64,000 bases of DNA from a virus: IMG/VR virus record IMGVR_UViG_3300033233_000015, positions 32,001 to 96,000 of that record. One strand, 5' to 3'. The notes below the pieces were generated by a model. That model was not told where the DNA came from. It saw only the letters and a program-made list of their open reading frames with translations, and did no database searches. The translations under genes were made by a program, and so were the position numbers. Shown here piece by piece: positions 57,647 to 64,000 of this stretch (position 1 is the first letter of the stretch; every line of letters begins with the position of its first letter).

Positions 57647-58803
57647 CGAAAATCTCCTTGCAGCACCTTCAGCCAGTCGTCGAACGTACGCTCCGAGCTC
57701 TCAGCCTTCGGTGTCGCGGGTCGCGCGGGCCGCATCGCGAGCGCTTCGTCGATCGCGCCCTTCGCGACAGACTCTTCGACCAACTCCGCACGACGGATGT
57801 ACCCCAACACCTCGCGCGCATTGCGATGCCCGGACGCTTCCATGATGTCGGGGATCTTGCGGCCCATCTTGTACATCGTGGTGATGAACCCGCTTCTCAG
57901 GGAGTGGCCCCCGAAGTCGCTTGGATCGAGGCTTGGATCGATCTTCGCGAGCTTCGCGACGTAGTGCTGGATGCGCAGCGAGACCCCTTTCGCCATCAGC
58001 GCCCCGTCCATGACGGCGAGTCCGTTGGGGGAGATGCCTCGGAAGACGGGTCCGCTCGAGATGTGCGAAGCCGAGAGCCACGCGCGCAGCGCGCGCACGG
58101 GGCAGTAGCGCACGTCTTCACCGAGCGTGATGGGGACGTCGAGTCCCTTGCCCGTCTGATCGGCTTTGCTGCGCGGGATCTTCCACCGAAAGTGGCCGCC
58201 AGCCAGAGGCGCAAAGTGTTCGACGCGAGCAGCGACGATCTCGCTGCGGCGCCGACCACCCCCCTGCCATCCGACGAGGAGCATCGCGCGGTCGCGTACG
58301 CCGCGCAGATCGTCCTCTATCGCGTCGCACACGCGGAACAGCAGCGATTCCGCCGCGCCAAGGTCGCGCTTCTGCTTTTTCGGTCCCGTCCCCTTCTCCC
58401 GAGCGAGCGTGTCGCGATCGACAATGATAAGTGGATGATTCCAGACGCTTGCGCGCCCTGAGGTGATTTCGCTCGTACAGATGGCCGCGAGAGCGCGCAT
58501 GAGCGCACTGAACCCGAGCGGCCCCTTAGGTCGGCCGCTTGGGACATCGTCGGTGTGACGTCCCGAGTCGGCGAGCTCGCGCAGGTACAAGCGGACGAGC
58601 TTTGGTTCTACAGGCGCGGCTCGAGCCCCGTGGCGGGTGCACCAAGAGGCAAAGCAGGCCAATTCGAACTCGTACGCCCGCCGCGTGTTCGGCGGTACGG
58701 CCGCGTCCGCTGCTTTCTCCGCGCGCGCGTTGAGCGCAAGCAGCTCCGTGCGCGCGGTCTCGATGGCGACGGGCAATGTAGGCATAGGTAGTAGAGAACG
58801 CAT
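57643..58803 (-). CDS. tyrosine recombinase/integrase (Cre-like)
   Basis: NTRRAY N-domain; RDRAMLL..RRSE, KADQ, GHSLRSG, GHR..Y; start 58803 or 58785. Confidence 0.9.
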   Translation of the reverse strand: MRSLLPMPTLPVAIETARTELLALNARAEKAADAAVPPNTRRAYEFELACFASWCTRHGARAAPVEPKLVRLYLRELADSGRHTDDVPSGRPKGPLGFSALMRALAAICTSEITSGRASVWNHPLIIVDRDTLAREKGTGPKKQKRDLGAAESLLFRVCDAIEDDLRGVRDRAMLLVGWQGGGRRRSEIVAARVEHFAPLAGGHFRWKIPRSKADQTGKGLDVPITLGEDVRYCPVRALRAWLSASHISSGPVFRGISPNGLAVMDGALMAKGVSLRIQHYVAKLAKIDPSLDPSDFGGHSLRSGFITTMYKMGRKIPDIMEASGHRNAREVLGYIRRAELVEESVAKGAIDEALAMRPARPATPKAESSERTFDDWLKVLQGDFR

Positions 58804-59133
58804 TGGCCGATAACGACACCTTATCACCCACGCTCTGGACTTGTCCAGAAGTCGTCGATCGCGACGCGCGGCGCCGGCCGCGCGCGCGTCGAGTTCGCGA
58901 AATCGCGAAAATCGCGCTGCGCACCCATGTTTCCCCGCTGCGCGCGGCCTCTGCGCAGGGGGTTCCTGGGCGGTTCGCGCGGCGGGTACGCCCCCACCCA
59001 CTGGATCGCGCCGTTCGTTACGATTTCGCTCGAAATTCGCTCCGCGTTCGCTCCCGACCGTGTAGCGCGTCGATTTTTTGCCCCGAGCGGCATCGATGGC
59101 TACGCTCTCCACCTTCAACGGAGGTCCGGTCCA

Positions 59134-59943
59134 ATGGCAACGACGCAAAAGTGGGTGCTCCTCAACATCGATGGCGTTCCGCTCGACCCGAGCGACGCGC
59201 AGAAGCTCGTCGACGCGCTCAACGAGGACAACGGCGAGTGCGGTCCGTTCGCTCAGGCGACAGGTCGATCGGCCAGCGTGCGACTCGGCGCGAGCTCCGA
59301 CGATCGGCAGGTGGACGAGTACGCGATGAACATCCGCCACTCGATCCCTGAAGCGCCCGGCGCGCTCGCTTACCACTACGTCACCAACGGCGTCCCCGAC
59401 ATCGAGCTCGGATGGGACCTATTCGACGGCGTGATCGACGGCCCCGACCCGTTCAGCGTCGGCGTGGACCATGAGCTGAAAGAGGCTCTGCGCGATCCCG
59501 GTGCGAACGGGTGGAAGGACGGCGTCAACTCGAACGGCAAAGCGAGCGCCGACGAAGCCTGCGACAAGGTGCAGAACACCTTCCGCAAGGCGAGCAACGG
59601 CGTCACGCTGTCGAACTTCCTCCTCGAGTCGGCGTTCATTCCGGGAGCTGCCGCGCCGTACGACGCGCTCGGCGTGATGACATCGCAGGACGATCTCTCG
59701 AACGGCTACGACATCGAGGCCGACGTCGAGAACGTGACGCAGGTGCATAGCGACGCGGATACGGACGGATCACGGGCGCTGATCGCGATCGAGAAGCACG
59801 CGACGAAGCGCAAGGTCACGATGCGCAACGCGACGAACCTCACACCGAAGCAGCTCAAGAGGAAGACGCACCCATGGAGCCGCGCGCACCGTCGCGGGTT
59901 TCGGCACTTTCACGAATCCGCCAGCGAAGGCGGTGAGGTGTGA
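59134..59943 (+). CDS. zincin-like metalloprotease-fold protein
   Basis: GGAGG RBS; LAYHY, HELKEALRDP, EACDKV. Confidence 0.55.
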   Translation: MATTQKWVLLNIDGVPLDPSDAQKLVDALNEDNGECGPFAQATGRSASVRLGASSDDRQVDEYAMNIRHSIPEAPGALAYHYVTNGVPDIELGWDLFDGVIDGPDPFSVGVDHELKEALRDPGANGWKDGVNSNGKASADEACDKVQNTFRKASNGVTLSNFLLESAFIPGAAAPYDALGVMTSQDDLSNGYDIEADVENVTQVHSDADTDGSRALIAIEKHATKRKVTMRNATNLTPKQLKRKTHPWSRAHRRGFRHFHESASEGGEV

Positions 59944-60761
59944 TGACGCGCGAGCACTGGCGCCGCGCGACGATCGGAGAATGGTTTCAGATCGTTCTGC
60001 TCACCGTCGTCTTCGCGGTCGCGGCGGTGCAATACTCGCCGATCGCTACCGCGCTCGACAGCGTTGCGGCGTCCGCGTCGGTCGCTGCTGCGGCACTGCC
60101 CGAGCCAAGCGCGTCTGCGACAGCAGATCCTCCTCCCGCACCTCGGGTGGCGGTATCCGCCAACCTCGCGGCGTACGTGCTCGAGGCGTTCACCGCATGG
60201 AAGAAGCCGGGACGCGACGCGGTGTCGTACATCGATGTCGCGAACGACATCGCTGAAGCGTGCCTCGCGACCGAACCGCTATGGCCGAACGACGCGAGGG
60301 GCGCGCGTTGCGCGATCTTGCTCGCATCGCTCGCCTACTACGAAGGCGCTCTACTCGCGTACGTCGACGACGGCCGCGTGAACGACGGCAAGTGGCGCGA
60401 GCGGGAGTTCAAGAAGGGCCTCATCTGGAGCCCGAACATCTCCGACGACGGAGAGGCGTACTCGCTCTGGCAGATCCACCCCGAGAAGGGGATCGTGCTC
60501 ACGAGCGATGGCGAGTGGAAGCACTCCGAGGGTGCCGTCACCGACACGCAGGGCAATCGAAAGTCGGGCGTCATCATCGGCTCGGACCTCACGAAGAATC
60601 GGAAGCTCGCCGTGCGCGTCGCCATCGCGTTCATCCGCAAGAGCCTGCGCGTGACACACTCGCTCGTCGGTTACACGGGCGAGACGGCGGCAACGGGCTA
60701 CGGCAAGGCGCGCTCGCGCGAGCTCTTCGCGTCGAATTGGGTGAAGCGTCACCCGCTCTAG
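59940..60761 (+). CDS. membrane-anchored lysozyme/transglycosylase-like protein
   Basis: N-terminal TM; LAYYEG...DDGEAYSLWQIH. Confidence 0.5.
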   Translation: MMTREHWRRATIGEWFQIVLLTVVFAVAAVQYSPIATALDSVAASASVAAAALPEPSASATADPPPAPRVAVSANLAAYVLEAFTAWKKPGRDAVSYIDVANDIAEACLATEPLWPNDARGARCAILLASLAYYEGALLAYVDDGRVNDGKWREREFKKGLIWSPNISDDGEAYSLWQIHPEKGIVLTSDGEWKHSEGAVTDTQGNRKSGVIIGSDLTKNRKLAVRVAIAFIRKSLRVTHSLVGYTGETAATGYGKARSRELFASNWVKRHPL

Positions 60762-60982
60762 GGATCGAGCGCGGCGGCTCGGTCCGCTCGGATCTCGTTC
60801 AGCAGATCGGTGCATCGCTTCTGCACGCTGGTGAGGTTCTCGTTGAGAAGTCGTCGATCCTCTACGAGCTCGACGACCGCTTTCGCAAGCGTCTTGGCGT
60901 CGTCCACGTAGCTTCGGCTCTTTCCGTCGAGACACGCTTGTGCGCGTTGGAGCAACCCCGCTTCGTCGGACGCTGTGATCAT
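60758..60982 (-). CDS. small coiled-coil protein, paralogue of 47440..47673
   Basis: DEAGL.QRA...GKSRSYVDD. Confidence 0.6.
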   Translation of the reverse strand: MITASDEAGLLQRAQACLDGKSRSYVDDAKTLAKAVVELVEDRRLLNENLTSVQKRCTDLLNEIRADRAAALDP

Positions 60983-61033
60983 AGCTGGAGTATACTTCAG
61001 GCGTCAGAAGATGAGCCGCGAGGGCGTTTCGAG

Positions 61034-61372
61034 ATGGTGAACACCTACCACTGGCTGATGCACCAAGACCCGAGCTCGGGCGCGTGGGACACGCTCTACC
61101 AGGGATGGGAGACGTGGCGAGTTCTCGCGATCACCGAAGAGCGCAAGTACCGCAACGAGAACATCGGCGAGTTCACGATCACCGATGAGCCAGGCGCGCA
61201 CTGGCAACCGTTTCACTTTCTCGTCATGCGAGGCGGCACCAACGACTATGGCGACGTGACGCCACCGCAGCCGACCTCTTCTCCGGGCTCAGGGAGTCAC
61301 GGCGGCGCGATCATGTTGGGCGTCGCGGCGGTCGCTGCGGTCGGTCTCGTCTTCGTAGCGGTATCGCGATGA
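61034..61372 (+). CDS. tail-anchored membrane protein
   Basis: C-terminal AIMLGVAAVAAVGLVFVAV. Confidence 0.6.
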   Translation: MVNTYHWLMHQDPSSGAWDTLYQGWETWRVLAITEERKYRNENIGEFTITDEPGAHWQPFHFLVMRGGTNDYGDVTPPQPTSSPGSGSHGGAIMLGVAAVAAVGLVFVAVSR

Positions 61373-61594
61373 GCCGTCGCGATCGCCGAGCTGCCGCGGC
61401 GCGGAAGCGCCGCGAGAAGCATCCGAAGATCGACTTCAAGTGCCCGTTCTGCGGTCTCGCCGTCAGCGCTGATGCGGGCCGCATGTCCGTCGCGCACGCC
61501 GAGCCGACCTGCGAGACGTTCAAGGGCCTCAATCCGCTTGCGTTTATGCAGGCCGTCCGCGAGAGAGTTGCGCCCGAAGCCGAAGGCTAGGACA

Positions 61595-61933
61595 ATGCTC
61601 GCGATGGATGAGGCCGACGAGGCGGAGGAAGCGGAGGACGCGGCGATGGACGACGACGAGACGAGCGAAGAGATCCACCCCGATGTCGAGTTCGCGGTCG
61701 ACGACGCCTCTGGTCGAGAACGCATCTTCAAGACCTTCGACGAGGCGGCGGGGTTCGCGGTTTCCCTCGCAGCATCAGGTCGCGAGTCGGCGATCGACGT
61801 GCTCATCTGGAGCGAAGAGGGAGCCGAAGCGTACGGCGGCGACGATGCGGTGGAGCAGTATCTCGAAGATCCCGACGCGAGCGTCTTCGAACGGCTCGAG
61901 ATCAAGGTCAACAACGCGGGGAGCGTGCCGTGA
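61595..61933 (+). CDS. highly acidic hypothetical protein
   Basis: D/E-rich throughout. Confidence 0.6.
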   Translation: MLAMDEADEAEEAEDAAMDDDETSEEIHPDVEFAVDDASGRERIFKTFDEAAGFAVSLAASGRESAIDVLIWSEEGAEAYGGDDAVEQYLEDPDASVFERLEIKVNNAGSVP

Positions 61934-62886
61934 AGCGGCGTCACCCGAACCGATCGCACGGAGAAGTCCAGGGGACAGTCCGCTCGAACGAGCACAAGCA
62001 GATCGGCACGATCGGCGACGTGAACTTCCCTGAGTACGATGGCGGTCCCGTCTACGATCGGGGCGACGGCACGTACTACATGGAGTACGTCGAGATCCCG
62101 TCCGACGATCTCGACTTCGGTGATCCGAACGCACGCTGGACCGTATACGGCGTCGAACTCGACCCCGGCGTTCCCTCGTGGGGCAGCCTGAAGGACGTTG
62201 CGCGCACCGTCGGCGCCGATCCGAAGGAGTTGAAGGCCGCCTTCGAGAGCGACGATCCGATGGCGCGCGCGGGCGCGTACATGGATTGGGCTGGTCACTA
62301 CGGCTGGCACGAGTTCGACTCCTATCCGCTCACGCTCACGTGCGCGGAGACCGCGAAGCGGTACGACACCGATCTCGGCTGCTTCAACAAGATTCACGAA
62401 GCGATCGAGGAGATCGTTCAGGAGGAAAGCATGCGACGACGACCGACGATGGCTGCTCGACGACGAATCCCCGCACCGCCTCCACCCCCTCCTCCTCCGC
62501 CCGAACCCGCACGCGTTCGCAAGCCGATCGCGGACATGATCGAGGAGCTGCGCTCTTGGATCCCCAACTACGATCGCGGCGAGAAGGAGTTCCCGACGCT
62601 GCTCTTCCGCGTGATCGCGAGCCTGCCGGGCGGCGATCGCCTCGAAGACATGGGGTACGAGACGTTCAATCTCGGATGGCAGGAGGCCGACATGCTCGGC
62701 CGCACGCTCGAGGCGATTCAGGACACGCGCGACGTCGAAGACCTCGTGAACGGCCTGATGGACGAGGAGGAAGAGGGCGCGGGCGAGGCGAGGAGAGCAC
62801 ACGCGAACGCTCCGCTCGACCGCAACGCGCAACCGATGCGTCGCAACGTCGCCACGCCGCCGAGGCGACGCTCAAGGAAACGCTGA
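61930..62886 (+). CDS. two-module acidic protein with basic linkers
   Basis: acidic domains separated by an RRRP/poly-Pro linker. Confidence 0.65.
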   Translation: MKRRHPNRSHGEVQGTVRSNEHKQIGTIGDVNFPEYDGGPVYDRGDGTYYMEYVEIPSDDLDFGDPNARWTVYGVELDPGVPSWGSLKDVARTVGADPKELKAAFESDDPMARAGAYMDWAGHYGWHEFDSYPLTLTCAETAKRYDTDLGCFNKIHEAIEEIVQEESMRRRPTMAARRRIPAPPPPPPPPPEPARVRKPIADMIEELRSWIPNYDRGEKEFPTLLFRVIASLPGGDRLEDMGYETFNLGWQEADMLGRTLEAIQDTRDVEDLVNGLMDEEEEGAGEARRAHANAPLDRNAQPMRRNVATPPRRRSRKR

Positions 62887-64000
62887 TGGCTCGCCGTCGC
62901 GCTCTCGACGTGATGAAGCTCGCGGCCGATCTGTCGAAGGCCGTCGGCGGAACAACGCCCGCGGCGATCGCCGGTGGCTTTCGATGGAGTGATCGAAACG
63001 AGGCCGCGAAGTTCACTACGTACAGCCCTGAGCACAATCAGAAGGTCGTCGTCGTCGTCGCTGTCTTCGAAGACGGGAATGTGTCGGTCGACTTCTTCTC
63101 CGACGAGCACCTGTCGGGCAGGTTCGAGAACATCGGGAACTTCCTCTACGGACCCGACGGATACACGTCGCGAAAGATCGACGTGAACGAGATGAAGGGT
63201 GACGTCGAGTGGGTCTGGAAGACCGTCGACGGGTACGCCGCTAGCTGGCAGCAGGATGATGATCAGGTCGACGAACGCGCCCACGAAGCGCGCGGCGGAT
63301 CGATCCGCGAACGGTTCGATCGATTGCGCGCTTCCTGCCTGAAGACCTACGAAGAGAGATCGCAGATCAGGCGCGACATGCACGTGAAGTACGGTCCCGA
63401 GTTTCAAACGCGATGGGCCTCACGAGGTGAACAGACGAAGTTGGAGAAGGCTCGGGCGCGGCAAAACAAGGCCGACGACGCCATGTTTGCCTTCATCCAA
63501 GAGATTTCCCCTCGCGATTGGAGCGGCGGTGTTCCCGTGGGTTGGGTGGTGCGGGAACTGACGTTCGAGGATGCCGTGCGCCCCAAGGGCGAACCACTGT
63601 CGGTCGTCCCTCCGCTGTCGTACGGCGCCACACGCCCTCTCGCGGCGCCGCGCGAATCTCGCGTCGTGCACTCGACCGCGATGGACCACTTCATCAACGG
63701 CTACTTTGACGCAGCTCTTTGGGCCGAGACCGACGACAACGATCAACCGTTCGACAAGAACTACAGTTCGGACGACATCGACGAAGCCACCGCCGACAAG
63801 ATGCAGAAGGACTGCGAAGACTTCGTTCGCCGCTTCGGCAGTCTGATCGACGACGACGAGCCCACGCACGGCGGCGGATTCGACAGGTGGGAGGTCGCTG
63901 GCCACGACTTCTGGCTTACGCGCAACGGTCACGGCGCTGGATTTTGGGACGGCGACTGGCCGAAGCACGGTGACGAGCTCACGAAGGCGTCGAAGGAGTA
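62886..64000 (+). CDS. polyvalent-type phage protein, 3' end outside the window
   Basis: open frame MARRRALDV... to the window end; contains AGHDFWLTRNGHGAGFWD, a motif recurrent in phage proteins. Confidence 0.7.
   Translation, partial: MARRRALDVMKLAADLSKAVGGTTPAAIAGGFRWSDRNEAAKFTTYSPEHNQKVVVVVAVFEDGNVSVDFFSDEHLSGRFENIGNFLYGPDGYTSRKIDVNEMKGDVEWVWKTVDGYAASWQQDDDQVDERAHEARGGSIRERFDRLRASCLKTYEERSQIRRDMHVKYGPEFQTRWASRGEQTKLEKARARQNKADDAMFAFIQEISPRDWSGGVPVGWVVRELTFEDAVRPKGEPLSVVPPLSYGATRPLAAPRESRVVHSTAMDHFINGYFDAALWAETDDNDQPFDKNYSSDDIDEATADKMQKDCEDFVRRFGSLIDDDEPTHGGGFDRWEVAGHDFWLTRNGHGAGFWDGDWPKHGDELTKASKE

Noticed and set aside
58804-59376. N-terminal extension of the integrase (577-aa ORF call)
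   Set aside because: overlaps the divergent gene at 59134 and is low-complexity; recognisable sequence begins near 58803/58785
1-64000. terminase, portal, HK97 capsid, DNA polymerase, packaging ATPase, tRNA or rRNA genes
   Set aside because: no diagnostic motifs recognised by eye; they may lie outside the window or be too divergent

Overview
High-GC, gene-dense segment of a bacterial virus or provirus; nearly all genes are on the + strand and there are no host housekeeping genes. From about 0.9 to 23 kb is an early/replication block: DnaQ-like exonuclease, an apparently circularly permuted RecB/Cas4-like nuclease, AAA_24 ATPase, SSB-like protein, several HNH endonucleases, ASCH, DUF1643, a ~220-nt highly structured non-coding RNA candidate, and a DNA-modification cluster. 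That cluster has an N4C/N6A methylase whose intein hides an out-of-frame HNH, a Mom-like protein, QueC plus a TGT/DpdA-like protein, a dual-frame C5 methylase with a 4-nt lesion, a ParB-like protein and a PAPS-reductase-like protein. From about 23.5 to 56 kb is a putative virion/lysis block with no recognisable terminase, portal or HK97/tail genes. It has GroES, RadC/JAB, an Arg-rich protamine-like membrane protein, a candidate major capsid protein followed by two paralogues, a transglutaminase-like Cys enzyme, LysM/CHAP/SLT/DUF1906 wall enzymes, many tail-anchored membrane proteins sharing a 'GRxVxxFG/GLG' leader motif, and a protein with about 15 acidic-repeat/variable-basic-spacer units. 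A Cre-like tyrosine recombinase lies at 57.6-58.8 kb, followed by polyvalent-type proteins that run off the window. The best overall interpretation, which is inference only, is a possibly novel membrane-containing, non-tailed temperate virus. All family calls come from motif recognition by eye; no searches were run.
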